Positions 14,192 to 24,780 of a DNA stretch of 64,000 nucleotides are shown here, one piece after another. A program made the translations under genes and the position numbers. This DNA comes from Clostridiales bacterium (GTDB lineage: Bacteria > Bacillota > Clostridia > DUOD01), in contig DUOD01000034.1 in assembly GCA_012838995.1 (NCBI GenBank), forward strand, positions 3,079-67,078, read 5' to 3'. The number at the start of each line of letters is the position of its first letter. Within the stretch, counting starts at the first letter, position 1. Below the pieces are notes generated by a model. It saw only the letters and a program-made list of their open reading frames with translations, had not been told where the DNA came from and searched no databases.

Positions 14192-16783
14192 ATGAATTTG
14201 GAAAGGTTTACACAAAAGGCACAGCAAGCCGTTATGGATGCCCAAAATATTGCCATAGAATATAGCCATCAAAGTTTGGAAATACCCCATCTTCATCTGG
14301 CATTGGTAAGACAGGGCCATGGGTTGATACAAAAATTGCTGGATAGGATGGGTGTTCCCGTGGATGGGCTGGTCAAGGAAATAGAGGCCCAATTGAAATC
14401 TATGCCCAAGGTTTACGGAGCCAACCAGGCGAGCCTGTATTTAAGCAGGCCACTCAGCGAGGTACTGGTGAAGGCCGAAAAAGAGGCGGAATTATTTAAG
14501 GACGAATACGTGGGTGTGGAACATATATATTTGGCAATAATAGACCGCCGGGATGATGCCATAAAGAAGATGGGAATAACGAGGGAGGCTTTCTTGAAAG
14601 CGTTATCCCAAGTTAGGAGCAGTCAAAGGATTACCAGCAGGAATCCTGAGGATACCTATGATGCGCTGAACAGGTTCGGCAGGGACCTGACGGAGGATGC
14701 CCGGCGAAACAGACTGGATCCTGTAATCGGCAGGGACCAGGAGATCCGAAGGATTATAAGAATACTGTCCAGAAGGACGAAGAATAATCCGGTTTTAATT
14801 GGCGAACCGGGTGTGGGTAAAACCGCCGTTGTGGAGGGACTGGCCCAAAGAATACACAGGGGGGATGTACCCGAAACTTTAAAAAACAAGAGGATATTCG
14901 CCTTGGATTTGGGTGCACTGATAGCCGGCGCCAAGTACCGGGGGGAATTTGAGGAACGGTTAAAGGCAGTATTAAACGAGGTTCAAAAATCCCAGGGAGA
15001 GATATTGCTGTTTATAGACGAGCTTCATAATATCGTAGGTGCCGGTAAAACCGAGGGCGCCATGGACGCCGGGAACCTGCTGAAGCCCATGCTGGCCAGG
15101 GGAGAACTCCATTGTATAGGCGCTACCACCTTGGATGAATACAGAAAATACATAGAAAAGGATGCGGCGCTGGAGAGGAGATTCCAGACGGTGTTGGTGG
15201 ACGAGCCCGGTGTTGAAGACACCATTTCCATATTAAGGGGCATTAAGGAAAAATTCGAGATCCATCACGGTGTTCGCATCCAGGACAATGCCCTGGTATC
15301 GGCTGCCGTTCTGTCCAATAGGTATATAACCGACAGGTTTCTGCCTGATAAGGCCATAGATCTTATAGACGAAGCGGCGGCCATGCTAAGGACGGAAATT
15401 AATAGCATGCCGGCCCAATTGGATGAGGTTACCAGACGGCTGTTGCAGATAGAAATAGAAAGGGAGGCCTTGAGCAAGGAAAAGGATAAGGTTTCCCAGG
15501 ATAGGCTAAAGGCCATTGAAGAAGAGATGGAAAGGCTAAGGAACGAGAGCAATGCCATGAAAGAGCAGTGGGAGAAGGAAAAGGAGAGCATACAAAGGAT
15601 CAGGGAACTGAAAAAAGAACTGGAAAGTGCCCGCAGGGCCATGGAAGAGGCCGAAAGGGTGTACGACTTAAATAAGGTTGCCGAGCTAAAATACGGTAAA
15701 ATGGTGGAGCTTGAAAGACAAATAGAAGAGGAAAAGGAAAAGCTGAAGGCCCTCCAGGGTCAACATGCTCTTTTGAAGGAAGAAGTAACCGAGGAAGAAA
15801 TAGCCCTTATTGTATCCAAATGGACGGGAATTCCCGTTAGCAAACTGGTGGAATACGAGAAAAAGAAACTGTTAAGGCTCGATGAGGCCCTTCATAAAAG
15901 GGTGGTAGGCCAGGACGAGGCGGTATCGGTGGTAGTAGATGCCGTTATCAGGGCACGATCGGGCCTGAAGGATCCCAGTCGACCCATAGGCACCTTTATA
16001 TTTTTAGGTCCCACCGGTGTCGGAAAAACAGAGCTTACCAGGGCATTGGCCGAAACCCTGTTCGATACCGAGAAAAACATCGTCAGGATAGATATGTCCG
16101 AGTATATGGAAAAGCACTCGGTATCCAGGCTTATAGGTGCCCCGCCGGGATATGTGGGCTATGACGAGGGCGGGCAATTGACCGAGGCTGTCAGGAGGAA
16201 GCCTTACAGTATCGTACTCTTCGACGAGATCGAAAAGGCCCATCCCGAGGTCTTCAACGTGCTGCTTCAGTTAATGGACGACGGACGGTTGACCGATAAC
16301 CAGGGCAGGACGGTAGACTTTAAAAACACTATTATCATAATGACATCCAATATTGGCAGCAGTCATTTATTGGAGAATACCGGCCCAACCGGTGAAATAC
16401 CCGAGGATATAAAGGACCGAGTTATGAAGGAGCTGAGGTCCCACTTTAAGCCGGAATTTTTAAACAGGGTGGACGAAATAGTAATGTTTAAGTCCCTGAC
16501 GCTGGAAGAAATAAAAGCGATAGTAGGGTTGCAAATTGAAGAAATTAATGAACGGTTGGCCGATAGGGATATAAAAATAAGCCTTACCCAAGAGGCTAAG
16601 GAGTTTATTGCCCGCAGGGCCTATGAACCCGTATACGGCGCCCGTCCCCTGAAAAGGTACCTTCAAAGAGAATTGGAAACCGAGGTAGGGCGGAAAATAA
16701 TAAAGGGAGAGGTGTCCGACGGGGACAGTTTATTGGTGGACACCGATGATCGGCAACTGGTATACAAAATACAAAAACCATAG
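14192..16783 (+). CDS. clpB: ATP-dependent chaperone ClpB
   Basis: The 863-aa protein has an N-terminal Clp repeat domain and two Walker A motifs ([16 protein letters not shown]). A long coiled-coil middle domain between the AAA+ modules distinguishes ClpB from ClpC/ClpA. Confidence 0.95.
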   Translation: MNLERFTQKAQQAVMDAQNIAIEYSHQSLEIPHLHLALVRQGHGLIQKLLDRMGVPVDGLVKEIEAQLKSMPKVYGANQASLYLSRPLSEVLVKAEKEAELFKDEYVGVEHIYLAIIDRRDDAIKKMGITREAFLKALSQVRSSQRITSRNPEDTYDALNRFGRDLTEDARRNRLDPVIGRDQEIRRIIRILSRRTKNNPVLIGEPGVGKTAVVEGLAQRIHRGDVPETLKNKRIFALDLGALIAGAKYRGEFEERLKAVLNEVQKSQGEILLFIDELHNIVGAGKTEGAMDAGNLLKPMLARGELHCIGATTLDEYRKYIEKDAALERRFQTVLVDEPGVEDTISILRGIKEKFEIHHGVRIQDNALVSAAVLSNRYITDRFLPDKAIDLIDEAAAMLRTEINSMPAQLDEVTRRLLQIEIEREALSKEKDKVSQDRLKAIEEEMERLRNESNAMKEQWEKEKESIQRIRELKKELESARRAMEEAERVYDLNKVAELKYGKMVELERQIEEEKEKLKALQGQHALLKEEVTEEEIALIVSKWTGIPVSKLVEYEKKKLLRLDEALHKRVVGQDEAVSVVVDAVIRARSGLKDPSRPIGTFIFLGPTGVGKTELTRALAETLFDTEKNIVRIDMSEYMEKHSVSRLIGAPPGYVGYDEGGQLTEAVRRKPYSIVLFDEIEKAHPEVFNVLLQLMDDGRLTDNQGRTVDFKNTIIIMTSNIGSSHLLENTGPTGEIPEDIKDRVMKELRSHFKPEFLNRVDEIVMFKSLTLEEIKAIVGLQIEEINERLADRDIKISLTQEAKEFIARRAYEPVYGARPLKRYLQRELETEVGRKIIKGEVSDGDSLLVDTDDRQLVYKIQKP

Positions 16784-16881
16784 CATAAAAGTTGTAATAT
16801 TACAGCATAGGATTTACCCGCGGCTATGAGAAATATGCCGCTTTTGTACAGATCACCATATGTATCATCATATAGTTTGCC

Positions 16882-16910
16882 CGCGGCCACCACATTATGG
16901 CCGCGATTTT
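16882..16910 (+). terminator. putative intrinsic terminator downstream of clpB
   Basis: CGCGGCC (16882-16888) pairs with GGCCGCG (16899-16905) and is followed by ATTTT. A weaker hairpin lies at 16820-16845. Confidence 0.5.
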
Positions 16911-17548
16911 CATATATACGTTAGTTTTTACAATGACTTGTCGCAACTCCTTAAATTCGATTTTCATGGATGGGTGTTTCATGTATTGGTTAGTTTTATC
17001 AATGGACCTGGCCTGACTGCCATTTCATCCGTTGGTGTTGGAGTTTTGACCTTCATCGCTTTGTGACAGCAGTGCTTTAATAAATTTAAAAGGCAAGTTA
17101 CTGTATTTTTGTTTTATATATTTTAACAGCGGCTTGCTTGAACAAATTAAAAAAATGGGCATTGCATCTTGGCCCATATCTTTTTCAGCAGTGGTGCTAC
17201 TAAAAGATTTAAAAAGCATGGACATTGTATTTTAGTCCTTTATTTTATAATAGAGGTTAACCGATAGGGTGCTCCTCTTATTTTTGGATAAATTTTAATT
17301 TATTTGGTAAGATTGTTAATAATTACGGCAATATGGAAAATGTATGACAAAATACGGTATTTAGTATATACAAATTTGTTATAATGAAAAGAAGAATCTA
17401 AGATTGACAATAAGATGGAAAGCGATTGGACACAGGTAAGATTTACGATAAGTAATAAAGGAACGTATACAGTGAGAATTGGCAACAGACCCATAATGGA
17501 AACGGATCCAGGAGAAACAGACGATAGGTTGGAAAGGGGATGGGTTTA

Positions 17549-18700
17549 ATGATAAAGGTCGGGTTACTTAAGGCGGATAAATACGATAAGTATTTAAAAG
17601 ACAAGATAAATCATGCCGTGGAACTGGTAGGAGGATTTGGTTCCGTTGTAAAAAGCGGGGACAGGGTATTACTGAAACCTAACTTTCTTGTGGCCAAGGC
17701 GGTGGAGACGGCCACCAATACCCATCCGGATTTTATTGCGGCGGTGGTGGAAATACTGTCGGACTACAATTGTAAAATTGCCATCGGAGACAGTCCCATG
17801 TTTGGAACGGCCTACGGCGTGGTTAAAAAACTGGGCCTGGACCAAAAACTCAAAAAGTATGATGTTGAGTATTTAGAGTTCAAAGAAAACAAGCCCGTAA
17901 GTCAGCAAGAAGATGGACTAAAACCCAGGAAGTATAGGGATCTTTGTACCGCTACGGTATTGCAAGAGTTCGATAGGATAATAAACCTGCCCAAATTAAA
18001 AACCCATGCCCAAATGGGAATTACCTTGGCTACTAAAAACCTCTTTGGCTGTGTGGCCGGTAAGGTAAAGCTCAAATGGCATATGGTGGCCGGCAGCATA
18101 CATAACTTTGCCCGGCTGCTGGTGGAGGTTTCCCAAACGGTTAACCCGGATCTTAATATACTCGACGGTATAATAGGAATGGACGGCAACGGACCGGCCA
18201 ACGGCAGGCCCAGAAAGACCAAGGTAATACTGGCCGGCAAAAATTGTATAGCCCTGGATCGGGTGGTGGTGGAGCTCATAGGTAAAAACCCCTCCCGGTT
18301 TCCCATATTCAAAGCGGCTGACGATCTGTCCATACCCGGTACAAGGCTGGAGGATATTTGTATTTTAGGTGATAGCATAGAGGAATGTAGGATAAAGGGC
18401 TTTAAAGTAATATCAATATTCCCTGCCGATTTCATAGGCGTTCATTTTCTGGGTTTGCCCTTTAAACCTCTGTTTGACCAGCGGATGGTGGTAAAACACA
18501 AAAACTGTATAATGTGTGGCAGGTGTATAGAACATTGCCTTTCAAAGGCTATCAGAAAAGAGGACGGGATAGTAATAGACCATGACAAATGCATAAAATG
18601 CTGCTGTTGCCAGGAAGGATGTCCTACCAATGCCATCCATATATATACCCCTCCCTTGGGAACGCTGGTTAATAAAATCCGGAGCGGTCGCTCCCGTTGA
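17549..18700 (+). CDS. DUF362-domain protein with C-terminal 2x[4Fe-4S] ferredoxin domain
   Basis: The N-terminal 300 aa show a DUF362-like pattern (VLLKPN..., GDSP, LPKLKTH, GMDGNGP). The C-terminus has CIMCGRCIEHC and CIKCCCCQEGCP. ATG 17549 is preferred over 17540 because of its spacing from GAAAGGGG. Confidence 0.7.
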   Translation: MIKVGLLKADKYDKYLKDKINHAVELVGGFGSVVKSGDRVLLKPNFLVAKAVETATNTHPDFIAAVVEILSDYNCKIAIGDSPMFGTAYGVVKKLGLDQKLKKYDVEYLEFKENKPVSQQEDGLKPRKYRDLCTATVLQEFDRIINLPKLKTHAQMGITLATKNLFGCVAGKVKLKWHMVAGSIHNFARLLVEVSQTVNPDLNILDGIIGMDGNGPANGRPRKTKVILAGKNCIALDRVVVELIGKNPSRFPIFKAADDLSIPGTRLEDICILGDSIEECRIKGFKVISIFPADFIGVHFLGLPFKPLFDQRMVVKHKNCIMCGRCIEHCLSKAIRKEDGIVIDHDKCIKCCCCQEGCPTNAIHIYTPPLGTLVNKIRSGRSR

Positions 18701-18713
18701 AGGGGCGTTTTTT
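18689..18713 (+). terminator. intrinsic terminator after the DUF362 gene
   Basis: CGCTCC pairs with GGGGCG and is followed by TTTTTT. The hairpin spans the stop codon. Confidence 0.55.
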
Positions 18714-18959
18714 GACCTGTCTTTTATAAAATCCTCCTGGCTTGGCTATAATCATGGGGTTTTATACACATCCGCTTTTATATAAAACGGGCCCATCAGT
18801 AAATATTGTTTCTTCTTATGCAGGAAATTATAGGGGATAAGTGTAGAATTTTATCGCTGTTATGGTATAATTTTGAATGAAGATTGGCCATGATGATTTT
18901 AAGCTGAACCATGCATCTGTTAATTTTAAATAATATTTGAAAGAGGGGAGGGAAAGGTT

Positions 18960-19499
18960 ATGGAGATAATTCGTGAAGAAGACGTAAGGGAAGAGTCCTT
19001 GCTGGATGTTGCGAAAAAAATGATGACGGCGGCTAGGACAGCCCCTAAGGCCATAGGCGTTGACAACCTTGTTATCGCGGTGGCCCAAAGGCCTACCATG
19101 GAAAAAATAGCCCAGAAGATGCGGCAAATGGTTGAGGAGGGTAGAGGTGCGCAATTTTTCCTACGGGATGCCGATAACATACTGGACGGCGAGGTGCTCC
19201 TATTAATAGGTACAAAGATAAAACCAATGGGGCTTAGCCACTGCGGAATGTGCGGTTTTGAAAATTGCGACGAAAAGGATAGGCATCCTGACCATCCCTG
19301 TGCTTTTAACACCGGCGACTTAGGAATCGCAATAGGCTCTGCCGTAAGTGTGGCAGCGGATGCAAGGGTGGACAACAGGGTAATGTTTTCAGTGGGCAAG
19401 GCCGTTAAGGAAATGAAACTGTTAGGGGAGGATGTAAAGATAATATATGGTATACCGCTAAGTGCCGGTGGCAAAAACCCCTTCTTTGACAGGAAATAA
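18960..19499 (+). CDS. DUF2148-like protein with ferredoxin-type Cys cluster
   Basis: The 179-aa protein has an N-terminus typical of the family (LLDVAKKMMTAARTAPKA.G) and the motif HCGMCGFENC. An extended -10 (TGGTATAAT) lies about 90 nt upstream. Confidence 0.6.
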   Translation: MEIIREEDVREESLLDVAKKMMTAARTAPKAIGVDNLVIAVAQRPTMEKIAQKMRQMVEEGRGAQFFLRDADNILDGEVLLLIGTKIKPMGLSHCGMCGFENCDEKDRHPDHPCAFNTGDLGIAIGSAVSVAADARVDNRVMFSVGKAVKEMKLLGEDVKIIYGIPLSAGGKNPFFDRK

Positions 19500-19601
19500 T
19501 AAACGGCAATGCCTGTGTAAAAATTATTATGGTTTAGTCAGATAAACTTAACTATACAAAGGGTGATGTTGTGTTTTGGTGTACAAGGGGAGGCATTGGT
19601 T

Positions 19602-20915
19602 ATGCCCATGAAAATGAGCAAAATGCCTAATTGGGTGAAAAAAAAGGGTTACATGATTATATGTTTTATTCTGGTAATTTTACTGACCACAAATGTAGCG
19701 GCTGCATCGGGAAAAACCACACAGTTACTAAATGAACTGGAGGAGCAAAAAAACAAGCTTAAAGCACAATTAAACAGGTCAATTACCAATCAGACTCTGG
19801 TTTCGGAGGAACTTATACAGCTGGAGAATGAATTGGATGAAAAAATAAGCAGGCTCGAGGCTACCGAGCAGGCGCTGCTTACCAATCAGGAAAGTTTGCG
19901 CCATGCCCGACAGCAACTGGCCGATGCCCAGAAACAGTTGGATGAGCAAATGGAGGTATTAGGCCAGAGGCTGAGGACTTTATATATGATGCAACCCCAT
20001 CAATTGTTTTTAGAGCTGATCTTTGATTCGGAAAATATGTCCGATCTGATAAAACGTTTGGAGGTTATCAGGTTGGTAGCCGACTATGAAGGGGAAATAA
20101 TAAAGGATATAAAACAGCGCCAGCAAGACATACAACAAAGGCAGGCTGCCATCCGGGAGGATATGGAGCACCAGAGGCGTATTATAAAGGAGCTAGAGGA
20201 TCAGCAAAGGGATATAAAACTTCACATGAAGCAAAGGGAAGAGATGTTATTCCAGCTGGAGGAAGAACAGGCCCGGGCGGAAATGGAATTGATGGCGATT
20301 GAACGGAATATCGACTATATAAAGACTGCGCCCAAGGATATAAATACCGATTATCGTCTGGAACCCTACGAAACCATAATGGGGGTACCCAGGTTTTATC
20401 AATTCGATCCCCAATGGGGTAATATTGCCTATGACTGGTCATCCAAACAAAGCAGGACCATGTACTCCAGCGGCTGTGGCCCGGTGGCATCCGCCATGGT
20501 TATAACCGGCCTTGGTGGATATAACAAAATCATAGACCTAAACCAAGACGGGATAATCGACCCCATCGATACATCGAGATATGCCCTTGCCGAGGGACAC
20601 CGACAGCCGGGGGGCACCGCCGGAGAGCACTTTAAGGACATCGGTGAGGCCTGTGGCTTGACGGTGGAGGAATACACTCCCTCCCAGGGGGACAAGGTTT
20701 ACAGGGAATTAAAAAAGGGTAACCCCGCGGTAGCGGCCGTGAGAAGGGGTACCTTTAGCCGGACCGGGCATTATATTGTTTTGGTGGGGATAGATGAAAA
20801 GGGCATGGTCATTGTAAATGACCCGGGAAGTGAGAATAGGACCAAACAGCGTTGGAATTTCAACAGGCCCATTTTAGCAGAGGCTAGATATTTTTGGGTA
20901 TTTAAAAAGAAATAA
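19602..20915 (+). CDS. secreted coiled-coil protein with C-terminal C39-like (papain-fold) cysteine peptidase domain
   Basis: The RBS AAGGGGAGG precedes ATG 19602, and a signal/anchor helix (YMIICFILVILLTTNVAAA) follows. A roughly 220-aa heptad-rich Q/E/L region comes next. The C-terminal domain has SSGCGPVASAM (Cys), TGHYIVLVG (His) and VNDPG. Confidence 0.6.
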   Translation: MPMKMSKMPNWVKKKGYMIICFILVILLTTNVAAASGKTTQLLNELEEQKNKLKAQLNRSITNQTLVSEELIQLENELDEKISRLEATEQALLTNQESLRHARQQLADAQKQLDEQMEVLGQRLRTLYMMQPHQLFLELIFDSENMSDLIKRLEVIRLVADYEGEIIKDIKQRQQDIQQRQAAIREDMEHQRRIIKELEDQQRDIKLHMKQREEMLFQLEEEQARAEMELMAIERNIDYIKTAPKDINTDYRLEPYETIMGVPRFYQFDPQWGNIAYDWSSKQSRTMYSSGCGPVASAMVITGLGGYNKIIDLNQDGIIDPIDTSRYALAEGHRQPGGTAGEHFKDIGEACGLTVEEYTPSQGDKVYRELKKGNPAVAAVRRGTFSRTGHYIVLVGIDEKGMVIVNDPGSENRTKQRWNFNRPILAEARYFWVFKKK

Positions 20916-20923
20916 CAGAAACG

Positions 20924-21835
20924 CTATTGGGATAAATTAAGGCCGAGTTTTTTTGCATATACATAAGCTTCTAAAAATTCATTACGGGACAGGGGTTTTA
21001 ACAATCCATGGTATTTTGAAGCCTGATGGGCCGGGTGGTACTGGTCCATCAGGTTTACCATGCAACCGGGGGACAGTTCCTGTTTTATAAATTTCAAAAC
21101 TTTCTTTGTGTTTTCAATACTTCCGGGCAACATTAAATGCCTGATTAACATGCCCCTGTATGCAATACCCCGATTGTCGATTTTCAAGCCCCCTACCTGA
21201 CGATCCATTTCCTTTAATGCCCTTTTTGCCGCTTCCGGATAATTTTTTACATTGGAATATTTTTCTCCCCATCCTTCTATGTTGTATTTAAAATCCGGCA
21301 TGTATATATCGATAACCCCGTCCAAAAGTTTTAATGTCTCTATTTTTTCGTAGCCGCCGCAGTTATAAACGATGGGCAGGTTTAAAACTTTTTGGGCTGC
21401 CAGATACAAAGCTTCCAGGATATTAGCTACAAAATGGGTGGGGGTAACCAGGTTGATATTATGACATTGGTAATCATTCTGAAGGGAAAGCATGTATTCG
21501 GCCAATTGTTCATTTGATATTCTATAACCCCGTCCTCCAAAACTTAGTTCGCAGTTTTGGCAGAACACACAGCGCATATTGCAATAACCGAAGAAAATTG
21601 TACCCGAACCGTTATAGCCCACAAGCACCCTTTCTTCTCCGAAATGGGGGCCAAAGCTGGACATTATGACTTCGTGGGGTGATCGGCAAAATCCCAATTC
21701 TTTTTCCCTATTTACACCGCATTGGTGGGGACATAAATAACATTCCGTCAGGTGATGTTTAGCCCTTTCCGCCCTGGCCTTTAGCTGATTGTTTTCCATC
21801 AACTGTCTATAGGCCGGTACAAAATCTTCATTCAT
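20924..21835 (-). CDS. radical SAM protein, PflX-like (pyruvate formate-lyase activase homologue)
   Basis: The 303-aa protein has a CNMRCVFCQN (CxxxCxxC) motif and an N-terminal Cys cluster (CYLCPHQCGVNR...C). Confidence 0.75.
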   Translation of the reverse strand: MNEDFVPAYRQLMENNQLKARAERAKHHLTECYLCPHQCGVNREKELGFCRSPHEVIMSSFGPHFGEERVLVGYNGSGTIFFGYCNMRCVFCQNCELSFGGRGYRISNEQLAEYMLSLQNDYQCHNINLVTPTHFVANILEALYLAAQKVLNLPIVYNCGGYEKIETLKLLDGVIDIYMPDFKYNIEGWGEKYSNVKNYPEAAKRALKEMDRQVGGLKIDNRGIAYRGMLIRHLMLPGSIENTKKVLKFIKQELSPGCMVNLMDQYHPAHQASKYHGLLKPLSRNEFLEAYVYAKKLGLNLSQ

Positions 21836-21868
21836 CTTAACACACCTTCTGATTCTTTGTTCAAACTG

Positions 21869-21897
21869 ATAATATTATCTATACAATCCCTTGTCAA
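21869..21897 (-). promoter_or_regulatory. sigmaA-like promoter for the PflX-like gene
   Basis: On the minus strand the sequence reads TTGACA (21897-21892), 17 nt, TATTAT (21874-21869). It lies about 30 nt upstream of the ATG. Confidence 0.5.
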
Positions 21898-22681
21898 CTT
21901 TTTTGAATGGTTGATGTATGGCAACTGTTTTAGCATGTAATGTTTTGTTGAGTAATGTTACCCTTACCCCTTTGGTCATATAAAAGTGATGGGCTAAAGA
22001 GGCAACTTTCTTTGACTTTTATTACTATACATTTATTATTTTTTAATACTCTATTTTTCCTCCTAACCCGATTATCATCTCGTAAATGTTCTTAATTTAG
22101 TCTTTTTACTTTTATCTACTGTCTACTTGTCATTCTTTGGTTACCAATGTAATCCGATCAATATTTTTGCTTTATATCGGCTTGCTGTTTTTCAACCCTG
22201 CAATTTGGTAAATTTTTTACTCTAACGGCTCATTTTTTACTTTATAATTTCCCTGTATAGCCGGCCGTCTTTGCTTTTATATACCTATCTTTCTTTTGCC
22301 CTTTATCTTGTGGTCAGGTAACAAAAAGTTCAAATGTAGGCTTAGCATTTCCAAAATCGAGGTCATTGAGCATAAAAATCCGACAAGATTAAGACGGTTT
22401 AGGTATGCCTTTAGCAGCTACCTTACAAAAGAAAACATTCCAAGCATTTTAGTAGTAATAGGGTTTTCCCGTCACTTTAGCAGCCAACCTAAAAAAGGAA
22501 GCACGGCGGAGAAATTGTAAAATCAAAAAAGCAATGAATTTTATGTTTATCATATAACCATAATAATAGTAAACAACGGGAAAACAAACTAAGTATGCTT
22601 TACAAGCATTTATACGGGCATATGTACTATGTTCCCCTTTTATCCCAAATAGCCTTGTGGATGATAAAGGGTGGGTAGTTT

Positions 22682-22816
22682 GTGGGACGAAGGTGCGATG
22701 AACAAACCAGGGGTGTATACAATGAAGTTTTAGCCACGGCCGATGATATTATTTCTGATTTGGAAAAAAGACTTAGTGCATTGGAACTTCAGGAGCCCCA
22801 GTATAAAGGTTTATAA
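22682..22816 (+). pseudogene. DUF1657-like remnant (C-terminal half only)
   Basis: The frame reads ...VYNEVLATADDIISDLEKRLSALELQEPQYKGL*, with an in-frame TAG at 22676-22678 just upstream. The QEPQYK ending is the family's characteristic C-terminus, as I recall it. Confidence 0.45.
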
Positions 22817-22893
22817 GAGGGTATATAAAATGGATGACTGGATAGCAATCCTTCAAGATCCAGCCCTACTTACTAAGGTAGAAGGTGGTAAAT

Positions 22894-23373
22894 ATGTCCA
22901 GTAAGAAAAAGAAAAAACTTACGCCTGCTCAAAAAGAATACCAAACCTTTGCAAAATCCAAGGAACCCAAGCGCCCGGTTTTTAAAAACTGTGTAAAGGC
23001 CTTTATTGTAGGTGGTATAATTTGTACCATTGGCCAGTTCCTTCAGTGGTTATATATGACATATTTTAACTTTACCGAAGTAACCGCCGGCAGCCCCACG
23101 GCGGCTACTCTGATAATCATATCCGTCTTTCTTACCGGTCTGGGGGTATACGACCATATTGGACAGTGGGCGGGTGCCGGTTCGGCGGTGCCGGTTACCG
23201 GGTTTGCCAATACCATGGCCTCGTCTGCCATAGAACACCGCAGTGAGGGGTTTGTCCTGGGCGTTGGCGGAAACATGTTTAAACTGGCCGGTCCGGTTAT
23301 AGTCTACGGCGTTTTCTCCGCCTTTATAGTGGCAATAATAAAAATCGCCATAGAGAGATTAGGGGGGATGTAA
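22894..23373 (+). CDS. spoVAC: stage V sporulation protein AC
   Basis: This small 4-TM protein (GGIICTIGQ..., AGSAVPVTGFAN, GVGGNMFKLAGPV) is followed by spoVAD and spoVAEb. GAAGGTGG precedes ATG 22894. Confidence 0.9.
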   Translation: MSSKKKKKLTPAQKEYQTFAKSKEPKRPVFKNCVKAFIVGGIICTIGQFLQWLYMTYFNFTEVTAGSPTAATLIIISVFLTGLGVYDHIGQWAGAGSAVPVTGFANTMASSAIEHRSEGFVLGVGGNMFKLAGPVIVYGVFSAFIVAIIKIAIERLGGM

Positions 23374-24378
23374 ATGCTGCAGGGACACCAATCATGGGTT
23401 TTTGAAACAAAACCGGTGATAGTCGGTTCGGCTGCAGTGGGCGGACCCTTTGAAGCCAGGGGCGCCCTGGCCGAGGATTTTGATATCCTCCATGACGATT
23501 TGTGGATGGGTCAGGACAGCTTCGAAAAGGCGGAAAGGAGATTACTGGAAGAAGCCTGTGAGACGGCCATCCAAAAGGCGGGAAAAAAGAAAGAGGATAT
23601 ACAGTTTTTCCTCAGTGGGGATTTGATGAACCAGATAATTTCCAGCAGCTTTGCCGCCCGTACCTTAGGTATTCCCTATCTGGGGCTGTTCGGCGCTTGT
23701 TCCAGCTCTATGGAGGGACTGGCATTGGCGGGTTTGATAGTGGATACCAAATATGGGGATTATGTTTTGGCGGCAACGTCCAGCCATAACGCGGCGGCGG
23801 AAAAACAATTCAGGTACCCCACCGAATACGGCGCCCAAAAACCCCCCACCGCCCAGTGGACGGTGACCGGGGCCGGGGCGGCAGTGGTGGCCCGGCAGGG
23901 CGACGGGCCCAGGCTAACCGCCGCTACCATCGGCCGGGTGGTGGATATGGGGCTTTCCGATCCTTTTAACATGGGCGCAGCCATGGCGCCGGCGGCGGTG
24001 GACACTATCCAAGCCCATTTCCGGGACATGCAGCGGGAGCCGTCCTATTACGATATAATAGCCACCGGTGATTTGGGCAGCGTAGGCCATGACATCGCCG
24101 GCGATTTGCTGAACAAGCACGGTGTGGAAATAAAGCCGGAGATATTTACCGATTGCGGCCTTATGATTTACAACAAGGATCAAAACGTGTTAGCCGGCGG
24201 CAGCGGATGCGGGTGTTCGGCTGTTGTTACCTACGGCCATTTCCTTAACCGCATGAGGAGGGGCGAGCTAAAAAAAATACTTATTGTTGCTACAGGGGCT
24301 CTAATGTCGCCCATGTCTTACCAGCAAAAGGAGAGCATACCCTGTATCGCCCATGCCGTAGCCATAGAGATGATTTGA
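23374..24378 (+). CDS. spoVAD: stage V sporulation protein AD
   Basis: The 334-aa protein has a thiolase/KAS-III-like fold signature (GACSSS, GGSGCGCS) and conserved operon position. Confidence 0.9.
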   Translation: MLQGHQSWVFETKPVIVGSAAVGGPFEARGALAEDFDILHDDLWMGQDSFEKAERRLLEEACETAIQKAGKKKEDIQFFLSGDLMNQIISSSFAARTLGIPYLGLFGACSSSMEGLALAGLIVDTKYGDYVLAATSSHNAAAEKQFRYPTEYGAQKPPTAQWTVTGAGAAVVARQGDGPRLTAATIGRVVDMGLSDPFNMGAAMAPAAVDTIQAHFRDMQREPSYYDIIATGDLGSVGHDIAGDLLNKHGVEIKPEIFTDCGLMIYNKDQNVLAGGSGCGCSAVVTYGHFLNRMRRGELKKILIVATGALMSPMSYQQKESIPCIAHAVAIEMI

Positions 24379-24396
24379 ATAAGGCAGGTGCTTTAA

Positions 24397-24750
24397 ATGG
24401 ATAAGTTTATTTGGGCATTTTTAGTGGGTGGCGGTATATGTGTCATCGGGCAAATCTTAATGGATGTTTTTAGATTTACCCCCGCTCATATGACCTGCAC
24501 CTTGGTGGTAGTAGGAGCCATCTTGGGTGGGCTGGGATTGTATGAGCCGCTTATTAAGTTTGCAGGGGCCGGGGCGTCGGTGCCCATTAGCAGTTTCGGC
24601 AATTCATTGGTAAAGGGTGCCCTGTTAGAAGCAGAGAGGACGGGTATAGTAGGGGTATTGACCGGTATTTTTGAAGTAACCAGTGCCGGTATATCGGCAG
24701 CGATAATATTTGCTTTTATTGCCGCTTTGATTTTTAAGCCAAAGGGTTAA
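24397..24750 (+). CDS. spoVAEB: stage V sporulation protein AE (AEb)
   Basis: This 117-aa membrane protein is a paralogue of SpoVAC (GGGICVIGQ, AGASVPISSFGN). Confidence 0.85.
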   Translation: MDKFIWAFLVGGGICVIGQILMDVFRFTPAHMTCTLVVVGAILGGLGLYEPLIKFAGAGASVPISSFGNSLVKGALLEAERTGIVGVLTGIFEVTSAGISAAIIFAFIAALIFKPKG

Positions 24751-24780
24751 ACCACGAAGTGTCGGAAGGTGGGTGATCCC

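Noticed and set aside
22296-22520. A 74-aa ORF in the long gap upstream of spoVA.
   Set aside because: It starts at TTG without an RBS, has a K/R/S-rich low-complexity translation and shows no family resemblance.
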